Positions 15,916-29,030 of a stretch of DNA of 64,000 nucleotides are shown one piece after another (positions within the stretch are counted from its first letter, which is position 1; each line of letters opens with the position of its first letter). Below the pieces are notes generated by a model. The model searched no databases. It saw nothing but the letters and a program-made list of their open reading frames with translations, and was not told the DNA's origin. The stretch is from Octopus vulgaris (taxonomy: Eukaryota), in contig OX597838.1 in NCBI GenBank assembly GCA_951406725.2, positions 43,834,001-43,898,000 on the forward strand, given 5' to 3'. A program made the position numbers and the translations under genes.

Positions 15916-16115
15916 GAATATATATATATATATATATATATAAATTAGAGATAAAACCACTATTAGGCAAATCAAACAGTGAAAAACATAAACCAAAACA
16001 TAGAAATAAAATTAATGAATATAATATACAAAAAATATAAAATATAAAATTCAAAATTTAAATTATTTAAATTTAAAGTTAAAAATTTAAAATTATTAAT
16101 TTATATTTATAAATT

Positions 16116-16146
<31 letters not shown>

Positions 16147-16468
16147 TTATATATATATGTATATTTTATTGTAATTTATTTTTTTATTTATTTATTCTTA
16201 TCTTATAATACTTTTTATCTTATATTAAACTTTTAAATACTTTTTGATAGTTATATATACTCTTTCACTCTTTTACTTGTTTCAGTCATTTGACTGCGGC
16301 CATGCTGGAGCATCGCCCTTAGTCGAGCAAATCGACCCCGGGAAATATTCTTTGTAAGCCCAGTACTTATTCTATCGGTCTCTTTTGCCGAACCGCTAAG
16401 TGACCGGGACGTAAACACACCAACATCGGTTGTCAAGCAATGCTAGGGTGACAACCACAGACACACAA

Positions 16469-16521
<53 letters not shown>

Positions 16522-16671
16522 CATATATACGACAGGCTTCTTTTCAGTTTCTGTGTACCAAATACACTCACAAGACATTGGTCGGCCCGGGGCTATAGCA
16601 GAAGAATCTTGCCCAAGATGCCACGCAGTGGGACTGAACCCAGAACCACGTGGTTGGTTAGCAAGCTACTT

Positions 16672-18841
16672 TATTTCAAAACATTTGCCATAAAGGCAGT
16701 ACACAGATTAAGTTAGCTTTGCGGGCTGGACAAGGACATTAATGAAGTGAATGATAATGAAAGAAAGATGATAAGGATGGGAGAAGACAAAAAGCGCCCG
16801 CCGACTTTCGCTTCTCTAAAACATTGTTCTTTTTAAAGATAAACACAAAACGAGGTATTAAACCTCTTACAATTTTTCCAATTTTTGGACTTAGCAGTCC
16901 ATTATTACAAAACGAGGTATTAAACCTCTTACAATTTTTCAATTTTTGGACTTAGCAGTCCATTACTAATAATAACAGTTCAATAATTACATATCGTCCT
17001 CGAAATAGCTTGTGCCCGCGCCCTCCACCATCAACCACGCCTCCCTCAGAACGTAATCAAGTTCCGAGTTTGCGTTGCCCGGGACCAAGTTATAATCTTC
17101 ATTGAGCTCCTTTAGCCCAAGCGTCACGTCGAACGCCACGGCCTCCACAGCTACCTGCGGAGGCCATTCGGGGTCCTGTGTGAAGGCTAAAGGTGCTCCC
17201 TTGTGGTGCTCTTCCATCACCTTTTCAATTTCACCTCCTCTATAGAAGAGGACCAATACGTTCAGTTCTTTCGTTGGCGGCACAGTTCCCGCCAACGGTA
17301 TTCCTTCTCTTGTCGGTGGCACAACCCCAACCGACGTAGTTCCGGGACATTCCGGTTCTATGTCACTGACAGCCGGCAATGTCCCGTTTTTCTTCCTCTT
17401 TTTCTTTTTTTTTCCCATTTCAACTGAGGGAGGGTGCGTCTCCTCCGTGGCCGGAAGATTCGCCTTCCTCTCCTCATCCCTATTATCCTTTGGTGAGCAC
17501 CCATTGTTGCTCACCTTCCTCTTTCGGCCTCTGTTTGAGGAGTCCTCTGCTTTCTCGGCCGTTATCATTCCCTCTTCTAGAGGGGTTTTACTTAACTGTT
17601 CCGGGATCCTATTTTGTTCCCGGGGACAGTTCTTCTTTATGTGGCCGGACTCCAAGCACCGATGACACTTAGGGGGGCGACCCTCAAGCATCACCGGGTA
17701 CCTGCACCCAGCCATTTTCAAAAAATCTGGAAGAACCAGATTGGCTGATTGGGTCCACAAGGTCAAAATTGCTTTTGACCCAACCCAAGCAGCCGCAGGA
17801 AGAACTTTTACATTAAGGAGCTTAGTTTCGCTGCCACCCAGACCCCGGCGGATAGTCTCCTCTATCCACTCGGGTTCTATGTCGGGTGGCAGCCCGCAAA
17901 TCCAAGTTTTCATCAATTTCTTTTTTTTGTACGTGGGTAGGAATAAGATTTCCTTACCCTCCAGGGGTTTGCTAGCAAATTTGCAAGCCTCTTCAGGGGT
18001 GTCAAATAGCAACCACACCGTTGCATATTTGACACCCCTGGAAATGAATTTAATTGTTGGCAAATACTCTTCCAACTCCTTTTCAATTGCCGTCTTTTCG
18101 AATAGGGCGATGGTGTCGAGTGCCTTGGAGTAGGTTCTCAACACCACCGTCCTATCTTCACGGTCTTTTAACCACTTTTTAGGCGGTATGATCTCCCATT
18201 CCAAAAGTTTGTTATTTTTCATTGCCATGTTTTTTTGTTTTTTTTTAAATGTATTCAAAATAAAATTAAAAAAGGAGAAGAAAAGGAAATCAGAAGAAAG
18301 TCACGGTGAAAAAGGGAGAAAGTCAAATAAAGTTAAAAAGAAAGTCAATAACACAGCAAAAACCGTCTGGCCATTCGGTACTCCCGGCCTACATTGAACC
18401 CAGAACGCCGCAACTGGAACACAACTTCCGCAAAAATTGGTGTAAAATTGGTAAAAATTGTTCAAACTTCGGAGGCAAAACACTCTCCTATATAGCAGTT
18501 TTCACAATTCTTAAAGTTCGTCACAGCACAATACAATTCTCATAATTAGGCGAGAAAAATATTCACTCAATTTATCGAAGACGGATACGCCCCCCAAAAA
18601 TTTTCACAATTCAGCGAGAAAAATATATTTGCCACATGTCGGCAGAATCAGAATTCTGAATCCAGTAGGACTTCCTGCCTGTAAAAAACAATCCTCAACA
18701 AAAACTCCCACTGGAACCAGAAAACAGAATCTTACCTTACATGGGGCTTCCAAGATTTTCAATTCAAGACGGCTTCAAAAGCACGTCTTCACCGCTTCAG
18801 TGCCAAACACACCACTGACTCGCACATGCGCAGAAGCAACT
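16672..18841 (-). mobile_element. ORF1-only non-autonomous L1/Tx1-type element, copy 1 (2170 bp, 15 bp TSD)
   Basis: TSD gttagcaagctactt at 16657-16671 and 18842-18856. Structure: ~600 bp 5' UTR, single ORF, ~310 bp 3' UTR ending in AATAAA. No RT or endonuclease. Confidence 0.85.
16987..18222 (-). CDS. Tx1/L1-type ORF1p (gag-like nucleic-acid-binding protein with one CCHC zinc knuckle), ~411 aa, intact
   Basis: CHRCLESGHIKKNC (CX2CX4HX4C) preceded by EGRPPK, an RRM-like N-terminus and a Lys-rich NLS-like tract. The start ATG chosen is the one conserved in copies 2 and 3 (MKxxxxLEWEIIPPK). Confidence 0.85.
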   Translation of the reverse strand: MKNNKLLEWEIIPPKKWLKDREDRTVVLRTYSKALDTIALFEKTAIEKELEEYLPTIKFISRGVKYATVWLLFDTPEEACKFASKPLEGKEILFLPTYKKKKLMKTWICGLPPDIEPEWIEETIRRGLGGSETKLLNVKVLPAAAWVGSKAILTLWTQSANLVLPDFLKMAGCRYPVMLEGRPPKCHRCLESGHIKKNCPREQNRIPEQLSKTPLEEGMITAEKAEDSSNRGRKRKVSNNGCSPKDNRDEERKANLPATEETHPPSVEMGKKKKKRKKNGTLPAVSDIEPECPGTTSVGVVPPTREGIPLAGTVPPTKELNVLVLFYRGGEIEKVMEEHHKGAPLAFTQDPEWPPQVAVEAVAFDVTLGLKELNEDYNLVPGNANSELDYVLREAWLMVEGAGTSYFEDDM

Positions 18842-19178
18842 GTTAGCAAGCTACTTACCACACAGCCACTCCTGCGCCTATATATCTAATAAAAATGAAT
18901 AAATAAATAAATAACAACAAAAAAAATATATATAAATTAATAATTTTTAATTTTTAACTTTAAATTTAGAATTTTATATTTTATATTTTTTGTATATTAT
19001 ATTAATTTTATTTCTATGTTTTGGTTCATGATTTTCACTGTTTGATTTGCCTAATAGTGGTTTTATCTCTAATTTATATATATATTTATACTGTAAAATT
19101 AGATTTAATCCTAAATCTAATTTTTCCCTGTAAGTTTGGATTTACTCCATAATATTACTATTATATATATATATGGAT

Positions 19179-19221
<43 letters not shown>

Positions 19222-19537
19222 TCTTTTACTCTTTTACTTGTTTCAGTCATTTGACTGCGGCCATGGTGGAGCACCGCCTTTAATCGAGCAACTCGACCCC
19301 GGGACTTATTCTTTTGTAAGCCCAGCACTTATTCTATCTGTCTCTTTTGCCGAACCGCTAAGTAACGGGGACATAAACACACCAGCATCGGTTGTCAAGC
19401 AATGCCAGGGGCACAAACACAGACACACAAACACACACACGCATACATATACATACATATATATGGATATTATATGTATATATGTCTATTGATCTCACGC
19501 ACACATACACACGCACCCACATGTAACTATATATTCA

Positions 19538-19597
<60 letters not shown>

Positions 19598-19828
19598 TCG
19601 AACACTTTGAAATATACTTCAAACTATATATCAACTATACATGAACTCTAAGATGTCTGACTCCGTTGTGTATTATAAATGAATTTCTTGTGTTTGACGG
19701 CATGAGCTGTCTCTTTTTATATATAACTTTTTTTGATAAGGTTCATTTCAGGAACTGAAACATGTTATAATGTATATATAAAAATTAAAAATTGTATAAT
19801 ACAGCAGCATTTTCGAACTTCATTTTTT

Positions 19829-19894
<66 letters not shown>

Positions 19895-20076
19895 AATTAC
19901 GATAAAGACAAGTTTATATTATTTGTTTCCACATACTTTTCGCCATTCAAACTGTTTGGAAATCTGCAATGGATGGTCCAAATGCAGATAGATGTTTACT
20001 CAGAACGGATCTTCGGGGAACATCTTATGGCATTATAACATTGTCATTGGTTTTCTGTAGCATAATGAAATGACGT

Positions 20077-20173
20077 GGTCTCTGATGACCCGTCGTGGTT
20101 AAGCATGCAATCGCACTTGAAACATCGAATGCAGATTTGCAAACAACCACGACGGTGAAACGTGCGCAGGGTC
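20077..20173 (+). ncRNA. Degenerate type I HHR with long stem II
   Basis: CTGATGA-c ccgtcgtggtt...aaccacgacgg t-GAAA-cgtgcg-CA. The 11 bp helix is perfect but the cleavage triplet is mutated to GCA. Confidence 0.55.
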
Positions 20174-20357
20174 AAATGATATAAACTTAAATTTTTGTCA
20201 TTTCTTTCACCTTTGCTCTGTATATCATAACTGGTAATAACTACAAAGTATAATAGTTATTCAACCACTACACAGAAGCAGAGTAGAAGGCGATAATATA
20301 GGGGGAGCTCTAAACGTAAATGTAGCAGCCATGTATTTGTATATACAAACTGCACTT

Positions 20358-20477
20358 TCCGCAGACGGAAAGTTCAAAATCTTTCCCTTTTACAAATGTA
20401 CACAGGACGAACCACAATACCGAAAGGCAATGGAACTACACTTCATAAAAAGATTCTCTCCGAAATTAAATGTTTAA
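20358..20477 (+). pseudogene. Penelope-like element GIY-YIG endonuclease C-terminal remnant
   Basis: Translates SADGKFKIFPFYKCTQDEPQYRKAMELHFIKRFSPKLNV*, matching the PLE F.IFPFY...R...E..FI....P.LN terminus. Confidence 0.65.
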
Positions 20478-20944
20478 TAGAGAAAAAAAAGAAAAGCAAA
20501 GAGTTTGTTTTGTATGTATATATATATATGTATATATGTATGGGTATGATATACATAATTATTTTATTTTGCTAATGTATTTTCATACAGAACTACACCT
20601 TACCAAAAATAAATAAATAAATGTAGGACATGAATATATTCTAAATATAACTCAAAGAATATAAAAAGAAACTACGAACACAGAAAGGACAGGAAAACAT
20701 TTTTTTACTAATTCTTATTCTTTATTTTTTCTTTTTCTTTTCTTTCTTTTCTTATCATCCCTAAAAACCATTTCAAAACAATGGTGCAAGAATTAAACAA
20801 GTTTTTACTTTACTTTATTTATTTATTTGTTTATTTGACAATCCTTAAAAAGACAATTTCAATACAATGAAAAGTGGTGGAAAAGAAAATGAATAGACCT
20901 TCTCTCCCTCTTTTACCCAACCCATCTTTCTCTCTGTCTGTCTA

Positions 20945-21042
<98 letters not shown>

Positions 21043-22406
21043 GAACTAGGCATGCCGTGGTTGATGATGCGCAGACACGCGCTGAGACTGCGACATCTCA
21101 TGCTCTTCGTAGACGACGGTGAACAGGTGTGGTCGCCGTTTGTGGGGCACGCTTTCCCGCAGCTCGTCTCTATGACCGAACTGCAGTCGTGGATCAAAAA
21201 GAGGCCGAGGAAGGGCGAATGGCACCGCGAGTGTCGCGTTGCTCTCATGCAACTCTGCTGTCCTGGGTCGACCTTGAGTGACTCCATCACAACCAAAGCA
21301 TTCTATAGGGGATTAGTGGAGGGGAGGTACGACGACGAGCTCGGGGCGAACCTGGACGTCGACGAGGAATACCTGACCCGCCTGTTCGGGACGACTTTCG
21401 GGCCATGGCCCATGGATAACCTCCAGAGATCCTTGGCCTGGCAGTGCTACCGAGAAGCGTTACCCGTTCGGGATAAGCTCTACAGACACGGCTCGAGAAA
21501 CACGGGGCCGACCTGCCCAAGATGCGGTCAGAGCGACGAAACCGTTCTGCACGCACTAGTGCAGTGTCCAACAATTTCCGACCTGTGGGCTTATGTCGAA
21601 CAACTGCTGTCACGTGTGGGACGAGTCGGTTTATGAGCTGAGTCTATCGTTAATATTGTCACGCCTCCTTCCTTCAAACGGGAAGGAAGAGCTATTTTCA
21701 TCATCCTTGTGGCTATGGCGAAAGAATGTGTCTGGTGGACACGTCTGAAAGGATTGGAGACAAACACTTTCCTCTCTGGTCAATCTCTCATCAACTTCTT
21801 CAAGTACCACTTGAAAAGGAAAGTGAGAGTAGAGAGGCAAGTTTTGTCTAGCGAATGTTTTAAAAAAAGATGGTTGAATGTAGCAAGAATGGCACGTATG
21901 AATGACGAGGCCACCTTGAGCATAATCCTATGAACCCAGAAATTGAAAACAGAGGGTTACCCACTTGCAAACAAATGTGGTAACATATAACAATATTGAC
22001 CAAGGTTACCGTGGTCTTTTTCGTAGGCTTTTCTTCCCACGGATAAACCTTACTTGCTTTCCCCTTTACACCATATATCATGACACTGTGATACACGATC
22101 CCTATTGATCGTTTTTTTCCCTCTTCCCCATTTTTCCTCTTTTTTCTTCTTTTTTCCTTTTACTTTTCTTTTGTTTCTTTTCCTTTTTCCTCTTTTTTCT
22201 TCTTTTTTCCTATTTCTTTTCTTTTGTTTCTTTTCCTTTTCTTTTCCTTTTTTCTCCCTTTTACGATCCCTTTTGATCGAAAACCTACGCCACATTTTTT
22301 TTATTCTTTTGTTTTTTGTTTTTTGTTTTTTCATCCCCCAAAAGAAAAACTCTACCTTGTAATTTGTCCCATCTGTGTGCAGCCCTGTGTGGCCAATAAA
22401 GAAACT
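21043..22406 (+). mobile_element. 5'-truncated Tx1-clade LINE (ORF2 C-terminus plus 3' UTR) inside a (TATC)n tract
   Basis: Highly similar to ORF2 from 53018 onward, including the CPRC..ETVLHALVQC zinc motif. Premature TGA at 21634. AATAAA at 22395. (TATC)n lies on both sides (20947-21042 and 22407-22566). Confidence 0.9.
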
Positions 22407-22413
22407 TATCTAC

Positions 22414-22566
<153 letters not shown>

Positions 22567-22857
22567 CATCTTCCATTGTCTTCAAAGCTTCACCCCAACA
22601 ACAAAACAAAAACAATGTTCTCTTATAAACAAAATCGCCCCAAAACATCTGTTTTATATAAATAAGCAAGATATCTTTAAGTTCACAAATATATTTGATA
22701 ATTTCGAAAGACGAACGAAAGCGCTGATATGACAATGAAGATATAAAATAACAAAAAGTTCTTTCCAAAATTCTGACGACTTTTTCTCAATATTCAGTTC
22801 TGTACATCACACCTAACACTACACACACACACACACACACACACGTGCGCGCGCGCA

Positions 22858-22941
<84 letters not shown>

Positions 22942-23450
22942 CATAAGTTGAAGACGGGAAGGATGACTTCCCTTTGCAAATACTGACAGGACACAGAAAG
23001 TGTGTCTATGGCCAGCTGGAGGAGTGTGTCCTCCTGGGGCTAAAAACTACAGTAGCATCCACCCTTAGGGGTAGCCATATTGAGATGGCAAATATACGTC
23101 ACGATGTGTTACCGCTACTGTATATAACTCACTTTGATATTTATCATTGTTTGATTTCACTTTTTCAATATCAGCGACAGTGGACGCTGGAAAAAGTATA
23201 AGTATTTGTGAAGGAAATCTAATTCTCGCCGACAACTATGATTGTCACACGCTGACGAGAGGTCAATACCTCGAAACTCGAGTCCGTGTGTATCATAAGT
23301 TGAAGACGGGAAGGATGACTTCCCTTTGCAAATACTGACAGGACACAGAAAGTGTGTCTATGGCCAGCTGGAGGAGTGTGTCCTCCTGGGGCTAAAAACT
23401 ACTGTAGCATCCACCCTTAGGGGTAGCCATATTGAGATGGCAAATATACG

Positions 23451-23453
<3 letters not shown>
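22942..23453 (+). mobile_element. Partial-tandem HHR element (352 bp unit plus 160 bp repeat) within (TA)n
   Basis: 22942 recurs at 23294. Related fragments lie at 7690-7790 and 41340-41450. Confidence 0.85.
23246..23290 (+). ncRNA. Canonical minimal type I hammerhead ribozyme
   Basis: cacacg-CTGACGA-gagg tcaata cctc-GAAA-ctcgag-TC-cgtgtg: all core nucleotides intact, palindromic stem III, GUC triplet. Confidence 0.9.
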
Positions 23454-23522
<69 letters not shown>

Positions 23523-23669
23523 CACACACACATACATATCTATATATATATACGACAGGCTCCTTTTAGATTCCGCCTACCAGATGCATTAACAAGGATT
23601 TGGTTGTCTCGAGTCTATAGAGGAAGAGGGTGACTGAACTTGATCAATATCGTTGGGAAGCAAGCTTCT

Positions 23670-26015
23670 TTATTTCCTCAGATTTGCCATAAAGACATTA
23701 TAAAGATGGAAACAAGTGTGGCGGGCTGGACAATAACACAAATGAGATGAAACGATGAACGACATAATGATATTAATGTGAGAGGCAAATCGACGCCCGC
23801 CGGTCAACCCCCGCCCTCGGTAACAACGTACTTCTTTCTTTTTTTCTTTTTTTGAAACAAAAAAACAAACAGCAACACAAAGGAAATAATGAACCTCTAA
23901 CATTAACATCAATCGAGGCACTAAGCCTCTTATCAATCTATATTGTTCATGAGGTAACAAACCTCTACACTGTTCACAATATTCAATAAAAATTCAAAAA
24001 CAAAATGAGGCGCTAAGCTTCTTTCCTTTCTTTCCAAGCTCGGAACTTTCAATAACACTGAAGCTTTTCAACCTCTTATCATTATTCCTCCTCAACATCG
24101 CTTGTGCCCGCATACTCCGCCATCACCCACGCCTCATTCAAGATTAAAACGGGTGCCGTATCGGCGTCGCCCGCCCACAAGTGATATTCCTCATTGAGTC
24201 CCTGCAGCCTACACATCACGGGCAACGTTATGACCTTCATAGCTATTTGCGGACGCCATTCGGAATCCTGTGTGAAGGCTAAAGGTACTCCATTATGGTG
24301 CTTTTCAACCACATTTTCTACCTCTCCGCCTCTATAGAAGAAGACCAATAATTCGTCTTCTTCCGGGGGCAGGATATCCAATTCTACTGTTGGTGGCAAA
24401 GTTCCCGCCAACGGTGTCTCTTCTTCTGCCGGTGGCACAACCCATACCGACGTGGTTCCGGGACATTCCGGTACTATGTCACCGACTGCCAGAAATGTCC
24501 CGTTTCTCTTCTTCTTCCTCTTTTTTTCTTTTCAAATGAGGGGGGTGTGCGTCTCCTGCGTGACCGGAAGATTTGCCTCCCCTTCCTCATCCCTAGGATC
24601 CTTCGGTGAGCATCTATAACTGTTCCTTCTTTGAGGAGTCCTAAGCCACCTGGGCTGCCTTCATTCCCTCTTCTACAGAGGACTCAATCAACTGCTCAAA
24701 GAGCTTACTTTGTTCTGGGGACAGTTTTTATTTATATGGCCAGGCTCCAGGCACTGATGACACCTGGGGGGGGGGGGTGACCCTCAAGAATCACCGGGTA
24801 CCTGCACCCGGCCATTTTCAAAAAATCTGGAAAAGCCAGATTGGCTGATTGGGTCCAAAGCGTCAAAACAGCTTTTGACCCAACCAAATCAGCCGCAGGA
24901 AAAACTTTCATATTAAGGAGCTTGGCTCTGCTGCCACCCAGACCCCGGCGGATACTCTCTTCTATCCACTCGGGTTTTATTCCGGATAGCAACCCGCAGA
25001 CCAAACCGCTTGTCAACCTCTTCCCACAATACGTGGGAAGAAACAAAATTTTTGCCCTCTAAGGGCTGGGTCGCAAATTTGCGCGCTTCTTCAAGGGTGT
25101 CAAATAGCAACCACACCGTTGCGTATATTACTCCCTCCCTGGAAATGAATTTCATAGTTGGTAGATACTCTGCCAACTCCTTTTCAATTACAGTCTTTTC
25201 AAATAGGGCGATGGTATCCAGCGACTTAGAGTAAGTCCTCAACACCACCGTCCTCTTCACGGTCTTTCAACCACTGTTTGGGTGGTATAATTTCCCACTC
25301 CAAAGCATTGTCTTTTTTCATTGCAATGTTTTTATTTAACAGTTCGAAAATAGTTCAAAATAAAACTTAAGAAGAGAGAAGAAAAAGAAAGAAATCAAAA
25401 GAAGGTCACAATAAAATGGAAGGAAGAAAAGGAAAACAAATCACGAATAATGAAAGTCAAAAAAGGTTTAGAAGAAAGAAAGTCAATAGTTCAAAAACAC
25501 AGAAAAAAATTTCCCCTTCCACTAGGTACTCCCGGCCAAGGCCGAATCCGGAATCCCACAACTGGAACACAACTTCCACAAAAACTGGTATACATGTCGT
25601 TCAATCTACCGCGGCAAAGACACTCCCCCAAAACAGCAATTCTCACAATTATTTCAAAAATTCACAAAAAGTGAACAAATTTTTAGGACTCCCCCAAGTA
25701 ACAATTCTCACAATTGAGAAAAATATTCACTTAACATGAATCACTATTTTGGACCGGGATACGCCCCCAAACAATAATTCTCACAATTAAGTGAGAAAAA
25801 ATATTCACTCCTCTGCAGGCAGACTAGAGTTTAGAATCCTGTGAGGACATCTTTCTTGTCCAAAAAATAACAAACTTCCACTGGACCCCCCCAAAACAAG
25901 AGTCTTACCTTACAGCAGAGCTTCGAAATTCTTCAATTCAGGACGGCTTCAAAAGCACGTCTTGACAGCTTCAGTGCTTCAGTGCCAAATACTACACTGA
26001 CTCGCACATGCCCAG
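23670..26015 (-). mobile_element. ORF1-only element, copy 2 (frameshifted ORF1), in a degraded SINE A head
   Basis: TSD tgggaagcaagcttct (23654-23669) and tgggatgcaagcttct (26016-26031). ORF1 pieces at 24082-25320 are homologous to copy 1. Confidence 0.85.
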
Positions 26016-26228
26016 TGGGATGCAAGCTTCTACCACACAACCATACCTGTAAATATGCATGTAGATATATGTATATATAGGCACAGGAGTGGCTGTGTGG
26101 TAAGCACCTTGCTTACCACACAGCTTGCTTCGTGGCTCGTTGGGAGAGTGTCTCCTCCTATAGCCTCGGGCCGACCAAACCCTTGTGAGAGGATTTAGTA
26201 GACAGAAAATGAAAGAAGCTCGTCGTAC

Positions 26229-26329
<101 letters not shown>

Positions 26330-26359
26330 CATGTATGTAAATAGATGTATGTATTTTTC

Positions 26360-27160
26360 CCTTGTTGAAAATTAGCACGGAAGAAATAGATAAATAGTTA
26401 CCAGGGTAGCAAAAAATCACACAAGTAGAGAGGTTGTAACTCCTTATTTTTAAAGGTAGAAACTTCGGGTTTACGTGAAATTTTTTTTGTATAATATATA
26501 TATAGATAAATAAATGGAGTTAAACAAAGGTGTTATTCAAATTCTTTTACTTCCGACACATGTTTCGAAGATTTCACTGATACTATTCCAAAGGAATAAA
26601 ATGGTGTAAAACAATGTAATCTTCTCTACAGGGAAGTGAAGAAATGAAACTCGTCAATAAGATATTTTAACAGAAAATGATGGATATGTATAGTGATTAA
26701 GTGAACGCTATTAATATTGTTTAAAAAAAACGTTATAGGATAAAACGTCAGAGGTAGCCTATAGAAAGAGGAAGGATAAAGTAAAGAAAAACTAAATAAA
26801 TGATAAGTATATGACTATATATATATATTAAATAAAACCATATAGACTAGGAAAAATATATATCTAGTGAATGTGAAATGTAAGAAGAAAATTAATGTTT
26901 AAATTATATATAATGATAAAAATCACTTATATGAACAAAAGTTGTGTTTCTGCCAATGCTTACGTCGGTATGCACGCTGTATAACCATGTTTATAAGGGG
27001 ATTTTTAGAAAAAAGAATAAAAATTAGTTCAGAATTACAGAGAAGACAGAATTTTTTTGCCTTTGTCATAAGGTATCGAGATTGAGAGAATCAACCAATC
27101 TAAATTAAATTTTTCATTGTGGTCTTTTAGATCCCAAATTAATTTACTAAGCCCTGTACT
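26360..27160 (-). mobile_element. Penelope-like element 3' remnant: GIY-YIG C-terminus plus terminal repeat with HHR
   Basis: Minus strand ~27160-26950 encodes TGLSKLIWDLKDHNEKFNLDWLIL...PYDKGKK/CLLCNSEL. HHR-like acttcc-CTGTAGA-gaagat..atcttc-GAAA-catgtg-TC-ggaagt at 26549-26637 has one core substitution. Confidence 0.7.
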
Positions 27161-27189
27161 GTTACGTTTATTCCTATCCCTAAATGTAG

Positions 27190-27810
27190 AGTAATGATCA
27201 GAAATATTAGAAAGGAATATTGGGTGAATGTACCAGTGAAGACCTCAATATAATATAAGCACAATGGGCCTGATATAAGGATTTGGCATAAAGAGAAACT
27301 GTGCAGAGGTGTGGAAATTAGCTGTCCAGTGGATTTCAACATAAAGCTGAAAATCAGTGAAAAAAAGAACACCTATGCTGAACCCTTGAGAAATCTGCAT
27401 TTACTCTATCCAGATTACAAGTTCAGGTTCATACCTGTAATTACTGGAGCCCTGGGATATGTAACACACTACCTAAATACCAATCTTGAGAAATTTGGCT
27501 TCTCAAAACCAGAAAGGAGAAAGCTAATTCGAAGACTACAGATCCAATCTATCACTGGAACTATAAGAATCTGTAAAACTTCCCTGAAGATTATCTTTTA
27601 AAAATGTTTAGATATGTAACTATATGCATGAGAATACATACATAAAACATGCAAATCTGCACATACATGCAGGTATCCATACATAAATACATACAAACAT
27701 ACATGCATACACAAATACCTGTCGTTTGTGTTGAAATTCGAACGGAGCCTTGTGTCTAGATTAGAAACCGGTTCACTCTTTATTGGCATTGAAATAAAAC
27801 TGAATAATGG
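27190..27810 (+). pseudogene. RLE-type LINE endonuclease C-terminus and 3' UTR fragment
   Basis: PDI...VEISCP...EKKNTY...FIPVITGALG, a PD-(D/E)xK-type RLE tail. Confidence 0.7.
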
Positions 27811-27880
27811 CATACATACATACACGCATATAAATCCATATACATATGCATACTAATACATACACATATGCTTATATGTA

Positions 27881-27942
<62 letters not shown>

Positions 27943-28614
27943 AAATAAAGGAAGAAACAAATACTTGTACGACGTTAGTGCATTAATTAGCAATTTGAAG
28001 CGACATTCTTCATAGACTCTGGTGGCACATATCGGAATTATAGTGTAATATAACTATCAAAGACATGTCTATAAACGATACAAAATAAACATATGAGAAA
28101 CTTCCCATCCAAATATCATAAATTTACGGAGAAGATAGAAGCATGTAATAAGTTTAGTATATTAATTACAAAACAGAGACGGTGTTTATTACATCCTGAA
28201 TATATATTTGGGCAAACACAACTGAATTATATTCCAGTGTCTCTGCTGATGTGTCTGGTGACGTGAAAACAAAAGCGACAAATTTACATTTACAGCATTT
28301 ATATTGGTTCATGAGTGGCTACGAGGTTAAAAACCCACTTTGGAACCATGTCGCTTCGGGTTCAGTATTACTGCGTGGCATTTGGCAAATGAAGTAGACT
28401 GACATGTAATTTTTGAACTTGTGGAAGGCGCGCTAGTTGCCGAAATATCGTCCAACCAATTTCTCATGATAAGTATGGCACTCTTTTATTTATTTCTCCA
28501 TCATCATTATCATCATCATCATCATCATCGATGATGATGATGATGACGATCGAGTCATTGCGTTTCCTTTTCCTCTTTTGCAAACAGTCAAATTTATCTC
28601 GATCACACTGCATA

Positions 28615-29030
28615 TAGTCTTTTACTCTTTTACTTGTTTCAGTCATTCGACTGTGGCCATACTGGAGCACCGTCTTTAGTCGACCAAAACGAATCCAAGA
28701 CTTATCCTTTGTAAGCCTAGTACTTATTCTATCGGTATCTTTTGTCGAACCGCTAAGTTACGGGAACGTAAACACACCAGCATCGGTTGTCAAGCGATGT
28801 TGGGGTGGGGAGGGACAAACAGACACACAAACATATACACACATACATATATATATATACATATATATGACGGACTTCTTTCAGTTTCCGTCTACCAAAT
28901 CCACTCACAAGGCTTTGGTCGGCCCGAGGCTATAGGAGAAGACAATCTCCCAATGTGTCACGCAGTGGGAATGAACACGAACCATGTGGTTGGTAAGCAA
29001 GCTGCTTGCCACACAACCACTCCTACGCCA
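28615..29030 (-). mobile_element. SINE A, near full length
   Basis: Head-to-tail similarity to the other SINE A copies. Confidence 0.8.

Larger units (their letters stand above)
16258..18878 (-). mobile_element. SINE A interrupted in its tRNA head (body 16258-16671, head 18842-18878)
   Basis: Removing 16672-18841 and one TSD copy restores a contiguous full-length SINE A. Confidence 0.9.
15941..19076. repeat. Inverted-repeat AT-rich element (arms ~15941-16110 and ~18925-19076) split by a nested SINE A and ORF1-only element
   Basis: aattagagataaaaccactattaggcaaatcaaacagtgaaaa... has its reverse complement at 19000-19076. Confidence 0.7.

Noticed and set aside
16846-16966. ~60 bp tandem duplication in the ORF1-only 3' UTR (similar small duplications at 56016-56117 and 63948-63987)
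   Set aside because: Ordinary local slippage duplications with no further structure.
19733-19770. HHR-like TTGATAA-ggttc..gaact-GAAA-catg
   Set aside because: No convincing stem I, so it was not counted as a ribozyme. The same applies to the minus-strand CTGAAGA near 7965.
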